Of a stretch of DNA of 32,000 nt, positions 17,241-26,417 are shown piece by piece (position 1 is the first letter of the stretch; the number at the start of each line of letters is the position of its first letter). The notes under the pieces are model-generated. The model saw only the letters and a list, made by a program, of their open reading frames with translations, was not told the origin of the DNA and did no database searches. Position numbers and translations under genes: made by a program. Source of the DNA: Candidatus Thalassarchaeaceae archaeon (GTDB lineage Archaea > Thermoplasmatota > Poseidoniia > Poseidoniales > Thalassarchaeaceae); the NCBI GenBank assembly GCA_045568075.1, contig JBJLBP010000001.1, positions 1,200,001 to 1,232,000 of the forward strand, read 5' to 3'.

Positions 17241-17690
17241 ATGGACGAGGACATCGAGGTCAAAGTGGCACGAGTCCATGCTGATGCACAGCTTCCTACT
17301 CGTGGCAGCGTCCATGCTGCCGGATGGGATCTCTATGCATTGGAAGACACAGAGGTCCTCTATCGCAATGCAACCCTCGTACGGACTGGGCTCCATGTAG
17401 CAATCCCAGTTGGCTTCGAGGGTCAGGTCAGAGCCCGCTCATCCTTAGGTAAGCGCGGGCTCATCCCACCACACGGAATAGGAACTATCGATGCCGATTA
17501 TCGTGGAGAATTATTCGTCATGATGACATGGATCGGCGAAGGGGACTCATACACCATTACCAAGGGTGAGCGTATCGCTCAATTACTCATCACGCCGATT
17601 CCTCGTTCAAGCTTCAAAGAAGTCGCATTTGAGGAACTCGGAGAGACCGACCGAGGCCAAGGCGGATTCGGTTCTACCGGTCGATTCTGA
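17241..17690 (+). CDS. dut: dUTP diphosphatase (trimeric Dut type)
   Basis: 149 aa with AAGWDLYA, GTIDADYRGEL and the C-terminal motif V DRGQGGFGSTGRF. The upstream part of track ORF 16719..17690 is antisense shadow of eif2b. Confidence 0.93.
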   Translation: MDEDIEVKVARVHADAQLPTRGSVHAAGWDLYALEDTEVLYRNATLVRTGLHVAIPVGFEGQVRARSSLGKRGLIPPHGIGTIDADYRGELFVMMTWIGEGDSYTITKGERIAQLLITPIPRSSFKEVAFEELGETDRGQGGFGSTGRF

Positions 17691-17700
17691 CGCATTCTCA

Positions 17701-17719
17701 CACGGTTCGTAGAACCGTG
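17701..17719 (+). terminator. perfect 8-bp hairpin after dut
   Basis: cacggttc-gta-gaaccgtg lies 10 nt after the dut stop codon. Confidence 0.4.
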
Positions 17720-17775
17720 CTGCTCAATAGAGTATAGACGAACCCTTGATACGGGCCGGTTCAGGCCATCGATTG

Positions 17776-18360
17776 ATGCCACTGAGCATAGACGAGCTTC
17801 GCAGCAAGGTCGAGGAATACCACAACAAGGGCCTGAACAGTCAGCAGATAGCAGACGAACTATCACTCTCGCAGACCACAATCCAATGGCTATCCTCCTC
17901 CAATGTGCCCATTGACGATGAGGCTCCTCACGATATCCGCGTCGGCTGGCGCTCCATCGCTGTGAAAGCGGCTAGAGTCGAAGCGGTTTCCTACGTTTTC
18001 TGTGACATCATCGATGAAGAAATCGGAGATGATGTCGACACCGTAGTTGGAATTTCAATAAATGGTATTCCATTTGCTCAAGCAATTGCCGGCCAGATGG
18101 ACCTTGAGATGGCTGTAAGCCGCTCGATCTCAGAATCTGAAAGCGGTCATCTATCCGATGTCTTCGCCAGTGTCGGAGGCAAGAGAGTAGTCGTGATTGA
18201 CGACGTCGTCTCCGGTGGAACAACCATGCGCAAGACCGTTGAATATCTCCGTGATGCTGGTGCTGAGGTAAAGCTGTGTCTGGTGCTGGCAAATAAGACC
18301 CAAATGAACGAGATTGACGGGGTCCCCCTGCGCGGTCTTGTGCGAGTGGTTACAGTCTGA
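17776..18360 (+). CDS. HTH plus phosphoribosyltransferase-fold protein (orotate PRTase-like, GfcR/COG0856-type putative regulator)
   Basis: The N-terminal HTH-like segment is GLNSQQIADELSLSQTTIQWL. The C-terminal PRPP loop is VVVIDDVVSGGTTM. ATG 17776 is preferred, and TTG 17746 is the alternative. Confidence 0.8.
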   Translation: MPLSIDELRSKVEEYHNKGLNSQQIADELSLSQTTIQWLSSSNVPIDDEAPHDIRVGWRSIAVKAARVEAVSYVFCDIIDEEIGDDVDTVVGISINGIPFAQAIAGQMDLEMAVSRSISESESGHLSDVFASVGGKRVVVIDDVVSGGTTMRKTVEYLRDAGAEVKLCLVLANKTQMNEIDGVPLRGLVRVVTV

Positions 18361-18371
18361 GGTAGGAATCG

Positions 18372-19952
18372 ATGCACTGGGCGGACTTCACCGCTGAACG
18401 ATTGCGGAATGAACGTGGTGAACATCAGGTCGCTTGCTCAGGAATCACACCCTCTGGAGAGTTTCACATTGGACATCTTCGGGAGATTTTGTCTGCTGAG
18501 ATGATTCATCGGGCTTGTCTGGATGCAGGACTTGATTCACGCTACATTTTCATCGTCGATTCAATGGATCCTCTTCGCAGAGTCTACTCATTCCTTTCGC
18601 CGGAATACGAGCGCTACATCGGATGCCCTCTAGCCTTCATCCCGGCACCTGATTCTGATGGTAATCCAGATCCAGAGGCAGGGTCCTATGCGGATCATTT
18701 TCTATCCCCCTTCCTCGAGGCGCTGGGTCAGATCGGAGTTTTCCCAGAAGTCATCATGAACCATGAGACCTATACCAACGGAGAATTCGCTGACAAGATT
18801 CATTCTGCGATAGAGCAGGCTGACGCGATTCGCGAGATTATCGAATCAATTTCAGGCCGAGAATTAGATGAAAATTGGTTCCCTTACAAGCCGCTTGGCT
18901 CCGACGGAAGCATGGATGGAGTTACTGTTACCGGTTACGAACATCCATTCGTTCACTGGACTGATCGCCACGGTGAGTCGGGGTCTGCAGACATTCGTAA
19001 GGCCGATGGAAAGTTGCCGTGGCGCATCGATTGGGCGGCTCGTTGGGGTATTCATGGAGTGACTTGCGAGCCGGCAGGAAAGGACCACGGAGCCGCAGGC
19101 GGTTCCTTCGATACCGGCCTCCCAATCTGCCGTTTACTCGGCTCCGAACCTCCATCCAAGATGGTATACGAATGGATCCAAGTCAAGGGTGCGGGACCAA
19201 TGTCTTCCTCCTCGGGCAATACCATCGGTCCCGTCGAGGCACTGAGCTTGGTCCCACCAGAAATCGTTCGATATCTGATAGCCGGATCCAAAATGAATCG
19301 TCACATCGACTTCGATACCGGCTCAGCACTGTTCCAAATGGCCGACGAGTACGAGAGGCTCGTCGCAAACCCTCCAGACTCTGAGGCAGAGGACCTTAGC
19401 AAGAGGCAGAAGGTGGCCGCTGTCACCAATAGAGGAGCGATGAAGCTCAGTCAAGTCGAACGGGGTGCAGACCCTGCCGATTCACTCGGAGGAGTCTCAT
19501 TCCGTCACCTTTCGATGCTTGCCCAAATCAAGTCCTCCGACGAAGATGTCTGGGCCTCGATGCGAGCCAGCGGACACCTCACAGGCGAACCAAACGAGTC
19601 TCTATCACAGCGGCTGACTCGAATGCGCAATTGGATTGGCAGTATCCATTTCCCCGAGGATGCGCGCATTCACATTCACAAGACAATCAGTGCAGAAGCG
19701 CGAGCAGAACTCAGCGACGAGCAGCGAGTTTTCCTAGACCATCTAAAAAATTGGTTAATTGAATTACAATATTGGCATGAACCAGACATTGACGCTACCA
19801 TCAGAGAGGTTGCCAGGCAGTATAAAATCGGCGGACGGGGAGCCTACATTGCACTATACTGGGTACTGCTTGGACGCAACCACGGGCCCAAGGCTTCTGC
19901 ACTTCTTTTTGAAATCGGCCGTGAATCGGTAATCGAACTTCTCGACTCGTGA
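18372..19952 (+). CDS. lysK: lysine--tRNA ligase, class I
   Basis: 526 aa. MHWADFTAERL, GITPSGEFHIGHLRE (HIGH-like) and GAGPMSSSSGN (KMSKS-like) match archaeal class I LysRS. The SD in TGAGGTAGGA overlaps the upstream stop. Confidence 0.95.
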   Translation: MHWADFTAERLRNERGEHQVACSGITPSGEFHIGHLREILSAEMIHRACLDAGLDSRYIFIVDSMDPLRRVYSFLSPEYERYIGCPLAFIPAPDSDGNPDPEAGSYADHFLSPFLEALGQIGVFPEVIMNHETYTNGEFADKIHSAIEQADAIREIIESISGRELDENWFPYKPLGSDGSMDGVTVTGYEHPFVHWTDRHGESGSADIRKADGKLPWRIDWAARWGIHGVTCEPAGKDHGAAGGSFDTGLPICRLLGSEPPSKMVYEWIQVKGAGPMSSSSGNTIGPVEALSLVPPEIVRYLIAGSKMNRHIDFDTGSALFQMADEYERLVANPPDSEAEDLSKRQKVAAVTNRGAMKLSQVERGADPADSLGGVSFRHLSMLAQIKSSDEDVWASMRASGHLTGEPNESLSQRLTRMRNWIGSIHFPEDARIHIHKTISAEARAELSDEQRVFLDHLKNWLIELQYWHEPDIDATIREVARQYKIGGRGAYIALYWVLLGRNHGPKASALLFEIGRESVIELLDS

Positions 19953-19981
19953 GGCTAACGCTCTCACAAGCGAGGAAAATT

Positions 19982-20308
19982 TCACTCTTCCATCATTTTT
20001 GCCAGCGCGAAGGTGGTACCGATCCAACCAGCAGCGAATCCAGTACCGAAACTTCCGAGTTCCATAATCGAGGAGAAAATCGAACTCGCCGAATCAGCCA
20101 ACCATGAAGCGATGTCAGTGATAATTTCCAAAAGACGGCCGAAATTTATGGTGATAATTCCAGCGACAGCGAGGAATCCGAGGAAGGCTGCCTGCGCTAT
20201 GAGGACGATTCGCATCGCTTGCATTGAAGTGTTCACGAGGAAAGCCGCCGTCGCCCCAAGAAGGAATCCTAGTAATCCCTTAGCTCCGTAATTAGTGATG
20301 ATTTCCAA
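19982..20308 (-). CDS. small three-to-four-TM membrane protein (FUN14-like, tentative)
   Basis: 108 aa, glycine-rich TM segments, and a GIITINFGRL segment resembling the FUN14 core. The TTG start lies 10 nt after AGGAG, which directly follows the carB stop. Confidence 0.5.
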   Translation of the reverse strand: MEIITNYGAKGLLGFLLGATAAFLVNTSMQAMRIVLIAQAAFLGFLAVAGIITINFGRLLEIITDIASWLADSASSIFSSIMELGSFGTGFAAGWIGTTFALAKMMEE

Positions 20309-20323
20309 GTTTTCTCATCTCCT

Positions 20324-23300
20324 TCATTTTAGAACCGCTATGTCGAGCAGGCGTGGCTCCGGCATTCCGTCTTTGGCCTCGGCTATCGCCTGTACTTCCA
20401 TCCGTGCTCCAGCCATAGTTGTAACGAATGGGATGTTCAGTTCGACGGCGAGTCTACGCATCATATTGCCGTCGAGAACCGCCCCGCCAGTACTGCGGGG
20501 CGTGTTGATGATGAGGTGTATTTTGCCCTGACGCATGAGGTCAAGTGCATCCGGAGTCAGGCCCTCAGTGATGCGATAACAGGTCTGGACATTGACGCCA
20601 CCCGAGTCTCTGAGAACATGCGCAGTACCACGGGTGGCGTAGATTGTAAAGCCCATCTCTTCGAGTTCTTGTGCCAATGGAATGACATCGTGTTTGTCGG
20701 CATTCTTCACAGTGATGTAGACGCCACCTTCAGTCGGGACTGGTAACTCGGTGGCTAGGCGAGCCTTGAGGTAAGCTGCGGCGGCTCGCTTGTGGCTTCC
20801 CATCACTTCACCCGTGCTCTTCATCTCTGGACCGGGTGCTGGGTCGAGACCTCGTAATTTGATGAATGGGAATACAGGGGCTTTGACACAGACAGCCTCG
20901 GTCTGTGGCTCTGGGAAATCGAGATCAGCGAGTTTCTCACCGAGCGTTAAACGGGCAGCAATGCGCGCGAGAGGAACACCTGTGGCCTTAGCAACGAAGG
21001 GGAAGGTTCGTGACCCTCTGGGATTGACTTCGAGGACGTAAAGCGTCTCACCACGAATAGCGTACTGGATGTTGAAGCAGCCTATCACACCCAACTCAAG
21101 ACCAATCTTTCTCGTCCAGTCCTCGACCTGTGCAAGAATTTTCTTCGAGACGTTTTGTGGTGGTATGAAGCAGGTCGAATCACCTGAGTGAATTCCAGCT
21201 TCTTCGAGATGTTCCATTATTGCACCAATCAGCACTTCTGAGCCGTCACAGACAGCGTCGACATCGAGTTCTGTGGCATTACCGAGGTATTCGTCAACGA
21301 GCAAAGGTCTGTCTGGGGAGAGGAATGCCTCCTCCATATAAGCCGCTAATTGGCGGTCGTTGGATAGGATCTCCATACCTCTACCACCCAGGACGTAAGA
21401 TGGCCTTATGAGAACAGGATAGCCGATTTCTTTCACCGCATTGCGCACTCCTTCTGGAGTGCTAGCAGTGGTTCCATTGGGCATTCGAAGGCCGACACGT
21501 TCAGCGAATTCCTCGAATCTCTGCCTATCACTTGCCTCATCTACTGCGTCAGGAGTTGTTCCCTGCATTGCGAGGTTTAGCCCCATAGATTCGAGGTGTG
21601 GCAAGCGGCCAGCCAGCGGTAGAGCCAGATTGATTGCAGTCTGGCCGCCGAATTGCAGCAAGATTCCATGAGCCTTCTCTCGCAACAGAATTTCTGCTGT
21701 ATGCTCGAGAGTCAGTGGGTCGAAGTAGAGACGGTCACTAGTGTCGAAATCGGTCGAGACCGTCTCTGGATTATTGTTGATGATAATCGCCTCGTGACCT
21801 GATTCGCGAATTGCTCCAACAGCATGAACGCAGCCATAATCGAATTCGATTCCTTGGCCGATACGGATTGGCCCGCTGCCGACTACAACGATTCGTTGTT
21901 TGGTGAAGTTGTCCAATCCGGGTACGTGGTCGATACCAGTAGGAGCTGACCCGCCCTCGTAAGTCCCGTAGTAATAGGGCGTGACAGCAGCGAATTCTGC
22001 CGCGCAAGAATCGACCATGCGGAAGCGTGGGTGGATGCTTAGTTGGTGGCGCCGAGATGTCACAGCAAATTCATCGGCGCCCTCTGGCAGAGTCTTGAAG
22101 CCGCTCGCAGGGAAACCGGCGAGCGCGTCAGCGATGTGCAAATCGGTGAAGCCAGCGCCCTTCCAGCGCCGCATTTCGACCACAGGGATCTCTCCTGGGG
22201 ACATTCCGAGTTCTCCAGCGGCGCGAATCTCAGTCTCTATCGCAGCCATCTTCTCGAATCTATGAAGGAACCAGCGCGTAATGCCTCCTGAGACATCGCG
22301 AACATCCTCAATCGTGTAGCCGCGGCGGAAGGCTTCGAAGAGAGCTCCCATCCTCCGATCGGTAGGAACCCGTAGCCAATCGATAAGCAGGGCCTCTGGA
22401 AGAGACTCACTGGCCCGCTCATCCATTGTCTCTCCGCCCGAGGCATCGGCCATCGTTAGTGGCCTCGGGTGCGGCTGGCCATATTCCAGACTCGCCCACG
22501 CCTTGAGGAAGGCTTCCTCAAAGCAGCGACCTATCGCCATCACTTCACCAGTCGATTTCATCGAGGTGCCAATTGTTCTGTCGGCGGTGCGGAATTTATC
22601 GAAAGGCCAGCGTGGAATCTTCACTACACAGTAATCGAGAGTCGGTTCGAAGGCTGCGGTCGTCCCCTCGCCCGTAATTGGATTGGGCAATTCATCAAGG
22701 GTGTAGCCGACCGCGATGAGAGCTGCCATGCGAGCAATCGGATATCCAGTAGCCTTGCTCGCCAAAGCCGAGGAACGAGATACGCGTGGATTAACCTCGA
22801 TTACTCGATAATCGCCAGTCGACTGCTCGACGGCGAATTGAACGTTACATCCACCCTTGATATTCAACCGTCGAATGAGGCGCAGTGCGGCGTCTCGAAG
22901 CATTTGGTGGTCACGGTCAGAGAGGGTTTGTTGTGGAGCCACGACGACCGATTCTCCAGTGTGAACTCCCATCGGGTCAATGTTTTCCATTGTGCAGACG
23001 ATAATCGCGTTGTCGGCGCCGTCGCGCATAACTTCGTATTCGTGCTCCTGCCAGCCGAGGATGCTCACTTCGATGAGAACTTGACCAATTGCAGAATGAA
23101 GAATGCCTTGACTCGCTATCTCGACCAACTCACCCATGTTATGTGCCGTTCCGCCACCTAAGCCACCCAGAGTGAAAGCGGGTCTGATGAGTAGTGGGAA
23201 GCCTCCGAGCGTCTCGGCAGCAGCGATTACGGCTTCGATTGAATCACAAGCGATGGCTTTGCAGACAGGTAAGTCAATCTCCTCGCAGACCTGCTTGAAG

Positions 23301-23692
23301 AGGTCACGATCTTCTGCTTCGTCTATTGATACGAGGTCGCAGCCGATGAGCTCGACTTCTAATTCATCGAGGCTTCCATCGTGTGCCAGTGCCGATGCGA
23401 TATTGAGAGCGGTTTGTCCACCCATTCCAGCAAGCAATGCATCAGGTTTCTCAATTTCGAGAATGCGCTTGACTACCTCTGGAAGAAGGGGTTCGATGTA
23501 GATGCGGTCTGCCATCTCGGGGTCGTTTTGGATGGTTGCTGGGTTGGAATTGATGAGGATGACTTCGTATCCGTCAGCGCGTAAGGCACGGCAGGCTTGA
23601 CTTCCTGAGAAGTCGAATTCAGCGGCTTGTCCGATACGAATCGGGCCGCTGCCTAGAATCACGATTCGTTCGAGGTCTTCTCTGCGCGGCAT
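20324..23692 (-). CDS. carB: carbamoyl-phosphate synthase large subunit
   Basis: 1122 aa with two ATP-grasp halves, each beginning GSGPIRIGQ(A/G)xEFD(F/Y), and a C-terminal MGS-like domain. The start codon shares one nucleotide with the carA stop (TGATG). Confidence 0.97.
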   Translation of the reverse strand: MPRREDLERIVILGSGPIRIGQAAEFDFSGSQACRALRADGYEVILINSNPATIQNDPEMADRIYIEPLLPEVVKRILEIEKPDALLAGMGGQTALNIASALAHDGSLDELEVELIGCDLVSIDEAEDRDLFKQVCEEIDLPVCKAIACDSIEAVIAAAETLGGFPLLIRPAFTLGGLGGGTAHNMGELVEIASQGILHSAIGQVLIEVSILGWQEHEYEVMRDGADNAIIVCTMENIDPMGVHTGESVVVAPQQTLSDRDHQMLRDAALRLIRRLNIKGGCNVQFAVEQSTGDYRVIEVNPRVSRSSALASKATGYPIARMAALIAVGYTLDELPNPITGEGTTAAFEPTLDYCVVKIPRWPFDKFRTADRTIGTSMKSTGEVMAIGRCFEEAFLKAWASLEYGQPHPRPLTMADASGGETMDERASESLPEALLIDWLRVPTDRRMGALFEAFRRGYTIEDVRDVSGGITRWFLHRFEKMAAIETEIRAAGELGMSPGEIPVVEMRRWKGAGFTDLHIADALAGFPASGFKTLPEGADEFAVTSRRHQLSIHPRFRMVDSCAAEFAAVTPYYYGTYEGGSAPTGIDHVPGLDNFTKQRIVVVGSGPIRIGQGIEFDYGCVHAVGAIRESGHEAIIINNNPETVSTDFDTSDRLYFDPLTLEHTAEILLREKAHGILLQFGGQTAINLALPLAGRLPHLESMGLNLAMQGTTPDAVDEASDRQRFEEFAERVGLRMPNGTTASTPEGVRNAVKEIGYPVLIRPSYVLGGRGMEILSNDRQLAAYMEEAFLSPDRPLLVDEYLGNATELDVDAVCDGSEVLIGAIMEHLEEAGIHSGDSTCFIPPQNVSKKILAQVEDWTRKIGLELGVIGCFNIQYAIRGETLYVLEVNPRGSRTFPFVAKATGVPLARIAARLTLGEKLADLDFPEPQTEAVCVKAPVFPFIKLRGLDPAPGPEMKSTGEVMGSHKRAAAAYLKARLATELPVPTEGGVYITVKNADKHDVIPLAQELEEMGFTIYATRGTAHVLRDSGGVNVQTCYRITEGLTPDALDLMRQGKIHLIINTPRSTGGAVLDGNMMRRLAVELNIPFVTTMAGARMEVQAIAEAKDGMPEPRLLDIAVLK

Positions 23693-25050
23693 CAGTTCTC
23701 ACCTCCAGAGGTGGGAATAGGAATGCCTGCCAAGTGGTCAGCAACCATGCTGGCAAATCTATCGAAGAGCGGAGAGGCATCGTGAGGGCCTGGGCAGGCC
23801 TCGGGGTGATACTGGATTGTGAAAGCCCGCTTACCGATGAGGTCTAGGCCCTCGACGGTACGGTCGTTGGCATTGACGTGACGGACCTTGAACGGAGCAT
23901 CCAGTTCGTTGCTGCCTCGCGCCGAGCAGGCACCAGATGGATGCGGCGCGAGCATCCCCTTCTCAGGGTCCTCGACCGCGAAGCCGTGATTTTGGCTAGT
24001 GATGTAAACCCGCCCAGACTCGAGATCGACGACCGGTTGATTGGCACCGCGATGGCCATAGCGCAACTTGTAGGTACGCAGGCCAGCGGCCAAACCCATC
24101 AATTGGTGACCCAAACAAATCCCCATCACAGGAAGGCCTGTACGGACAGCTGCGGCAAGTGTATCACGCGCAGTAGTAGCAGCGCCTGAGTGGGCCGGAT
24201 CACCCGGCCCGTTTGAGGCGAAGAAAGCGTCTGGCTCCCATTTGAGAATCTCATCGAAGGTGGTGGTTGCGGGGCACCAAACTACCTCAAAACGCTGACA
24301 TAATTCTCGTAGGATATTGTATTTGATACCACAGTCAATTGCCGCTAATCGAGGTAGTGGCTTTCCAGTATCATCCACTGCACCGGGGTTGAGAATTACC
24401 GCTTCCTCGCAGGTCACTTCAGCGACGAGATCCTCCGCATCAGGCGGAGTCAACTCATCAAGACGGACGAGCATCTCTCTCTCCGCCTCGGCCGGACCAA
24501 AGATGCAGAGCACCGTGCCGTGCTCGCGCACGCGGCGAGTAAGCTCACGCGTGTCGATGTCTTGGATTCCGGGAACTCCGTGCGCGAACAGTAAGTCATG
24601 GACGCTGCCGATTGCATGCCGGTGGTCTGGATTTTCCATCATCTGACGACAGACCACCCCACGCGGCCACACTCCAGCAGATTCAGATGTGCCCGCGTGA
24701 ATACCATAATTGCCCAGTAGTGGCCAAGTGAAAGTCAAGACTTGTCCTGCAAAGGAAGGGTCAGTAAGACTCTCCTGATAGCCAGTCATTCCAGTGGTGA
24801 AGACCAATTCTCCTTCTGCGATAACCGGAGCTCCGAATAAACGACCACGATAACGCGTTCCATCGGCTAATAGCAGCAATCCGTCGGCTCCAGAAGGAGG
24901 TTCTTGAGTGACTGAATCAAGCAATGTATCGGCCGCATCGGTAAATGATGGCGGGTTTTGAACTCCCGAAACACCGGCGCCGGGAATGAAGCCCCTCACG
25001 GGAGCGTTCCCCGACATCAGCGATACTGCCTGAATAAGCCTCTTAATCAT
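23692..25050 (-). CDS. carA: carbamoyl-phosphate synthase small (glutaminase) subunit
   Basis: LLLADGTRYRGRLFGA, TGMTGYQESLTDPS, the catalytic GICLGHQL and the HPE triad region are present. ATG 25050 gives about 57 residues ahead of the canonical N-terminus. TTG 24879, with GGAG 8 nt upstream, would give a canonical length. Confidence 0.92.
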   Translation of the reverse strand: MIKRLIQAVSLMSGNAPVRGFIPGAGVSGVQNPPSFTDAADTLLDSVTQEPPSGADGLLLLADGTRYRGRLFGAPVIAEGELVFTTGMTGYQESLTDPSFAGQVLTFTWPLLGNYGIHAGTSESAGVWPRGVVCRQMMENPDHRHAIGSVHDLLFAHGVPGIQDIDTRELTRRVREHGTVLCIFGPAEAEREMLVRLDELTPPDAEDLVAEVTCEEAVILNPGAVDDTGKPLPRLAAIDCGIKYNILRELCQRFEVVWCPATTTFDEILKWEPDAFFASNGPGDPAHSGAATTARDTLAAAVRTGLPVMGICLGHQLMGLAAGLRTYKLRYGHRGANQPVVDLESGRVYITSQNHGFAVEDPEKGMLAPHPSGACSARGSNELDAPFKVRHVNANDRTVEGLDLIGKRAFTIQYHPEACPGPHDASPLFDRFASMVADHLAGIPIPTSGGEN

Positions 25051-25086
25051 TCGCCGAGGGATAAATCGGTTGAACTCTCAAGACTC

Positions 25087-25098
25087 CTCTAATTAGAG
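25087..25098. promoter_or_regulatory. 12-nt perfect AT-centred palindrome in the trm56-carA spacer
   Basis: ctctaattagag lies 6 nt below the trm56 stop codon and 36 nt above the carA ATG. It could be a TATA-overlapping operator or a terminator stem. Confidence 0.25.
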
Positions 25099-25104
25099 CA
25101 GTCA

Positions 25105-25734
25105 TTAGTCGTCGGAAGTGATGACTTTCTTACGATCTAAGCTCGGCACCACTTTGATTTCACCGCCAGCAAAACGATCGCTCTCTTCCAGTGGGCCAAC
25201 GAAAGATTCCAAGAAAACTCCTAGCGCTGAGACCTCAGAATGTGGCTGATTTCCGACTGAGACGTTGTGAGTTGCTAATCTGAAAACCTCTCCAGGGACC
25301 TTCGTTCCACCAACGACTACTACCATTGGACGATTCCTCTCAAGGACACCCACTGCTTCTCTCCAAGGCTCCCCATACATCGTAAGATGAATAATCACGC
25401 CCGGCTCACCATCGCCGGCATTTTGGGCGAATCTGCGAAGCCAGGCCAGAGGCTTGGCTTCGTAACGGCACTCGAATGCACCGCCGAAGCGAGTCGTTAC
25501 AGAGCGCCAAGTCTCGAGTGCCGACTCATCCTCTTCACCCGCGAGGATAACCTCGTCAGCACCGAAAGCCCTCGCGGTCAAACCAAGATGACTGGTGATG
25601 CGCTTGTCGCGCTCACGTCGATGACCCAAGCGCAGGACCGAGATTCGTTGATTGCCACCAATTGGTAGGCCCGTGCTATCGTCGGTCACGTTCTCACGCG
25701 GCCGGCCCGACTTCATCAGCCTGACCCTCATCAC
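25105..25734 (-). CDS. trm56: tRNA (cytidine56-2'-O)-methyltransferase aTrm56 (SPOUT)
   Basis: ISVLRLGHRRERDKRITSHLGLTARAFGADEVILAGE, HLTMYG and VGNQPHSEVSALGVFL match the Pyrococcus Trm56 pattern. The GTG 25734 start overlaps the upstream gene by 41 nt. GTG 25689, 4 nt after that gene's stop, is an alternative. Confidence 0.85.
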   Translation of the reverse strand: MMRVRLMKSGRPRENVTDDSTGLPIGGNQRISVLRLGHRRERDKRITSHLGLTARAFGADEVILAGEEDESALETWRSVTTRFGGAFECRYEAKPLAWLRRFAQNAGDGEPGVIIHLTMYGEPWREAVGVLERNRPMVVVVGGTKVPGEVFRLATHNVSVGNQPHSEVSALGVFLESFVGPLEESDRFAGGEIKVVPSLDRKKVITSDD

Positions 25735-26362
25735 TAGAACCGTTGAAGGCCGGCATCAACTCAACAGGCATGTGAATCATCTGGGTTCGAACCCATTGCA
25801 ATAGGATGGAATCGATGAACAGCTTGGCGGAGTAATGAATCATCACTGCTAGAGCCAGCAATCGAAGGCTGCCAAACATCGCAGTCTGAGTAGAAACATG
25901 ATCTGTCAGCAAGGCGAACCCAAAGGGTTCGATAATGTAATACAGCGCAAGGACGACTAGAAGACCTCCGATATTCGACATAGATGCATGTCCTCGCTCT
26001 CTCCCAATACTCCACACGACTGTAGCGAGGAATACCAGCCCGGGGACGATCATCGCGAGAGTTGCGAAGTCGAATTCGCCCAAGAGTGAGAGAGGGATGT
26101 CTGCATTGTTCAATTCTGTTGCTCCCTTTCCTACCGCTATCCACCAAAACAGTCCAGACATCATCAAAAGAACGCCGGAAAGCCAACCTCGATTAGTGAT
26201 CATGTCGCGGATTTCATGTCTATCTGACGGCTGTAATCGCTGCAAAATCGATTCCATAAGTTCGAGGGAGTCATTCGTCGGAATATCCTCCTTTGCTGCA
26301 GCAGCGAGGCCCTGTTGAGGGTTGATGTCGCCGGAATCTACAGCGTCGTCGCCTAGAACCAT
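25694..26362 (-). CDS. hypothetical four-TM membrane protein with an acidic N-terminal domain
   Basis: 222 aa with four clear hydrophobic helices after residue 70. It is divergent from folP. I recognised no motif. Confidence 0.6.
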   Translation of the reverse strand: MVLGDDAVDSGDINPQQGLAAAAKEDIPTNDSLELMESILQRLQPSDRHEIRDMITNRGWLSGVLLMMSGLFWWIAVGKGATELNNADIPLSLLGEFDFATLAMIVPGLVFLATVVWSIGRERGHASMSNIGGLLVVLALYYIIEPFGFALLTDHVSTQTAMFGSLRLLALAVMIHYSAKLFIDSILLQWVRTQMIHMPVELMPAFNGSSDEGQADEVGPAA

Positions 26363-26387
26363 CGCCGGATTGCTGCTCCGTCACATC

Positions 26388-26393
26388 ATAAAG
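26388..26393 (+). promoter_or_regulatory. possible TATA box for a leaderless folP transcript
   Basis: ATAAAG is centred about 27 nt upstream of the folP ATG (26418), and there is no SD in between. Confidence 0.2.
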
Positions 26394-26417
26394 GGTGCGT
26401 CGAATCCAAGGCATGAA

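Noticed and set aside
20295-20301. GTGATGA (C-box-like) sequence that might mark a C/D box sRNA.
   Set aside because: It lies inside the coding start of the FUN14-like gene. No D box (CTGA) or terminal stem is found at the expected distance.
24880-25050. An apparent N-terminal extension of about 57 aa on CarA, relative to the canonical N-terminus (LLLADGTRYRGR).
   Set aside because: An in-frame TTG at 24879 with GGAG 8 nt upstream would give a canonical-length protein. Without N-terminal proteomics or conservation data, the extension may be a start-codon artefact.
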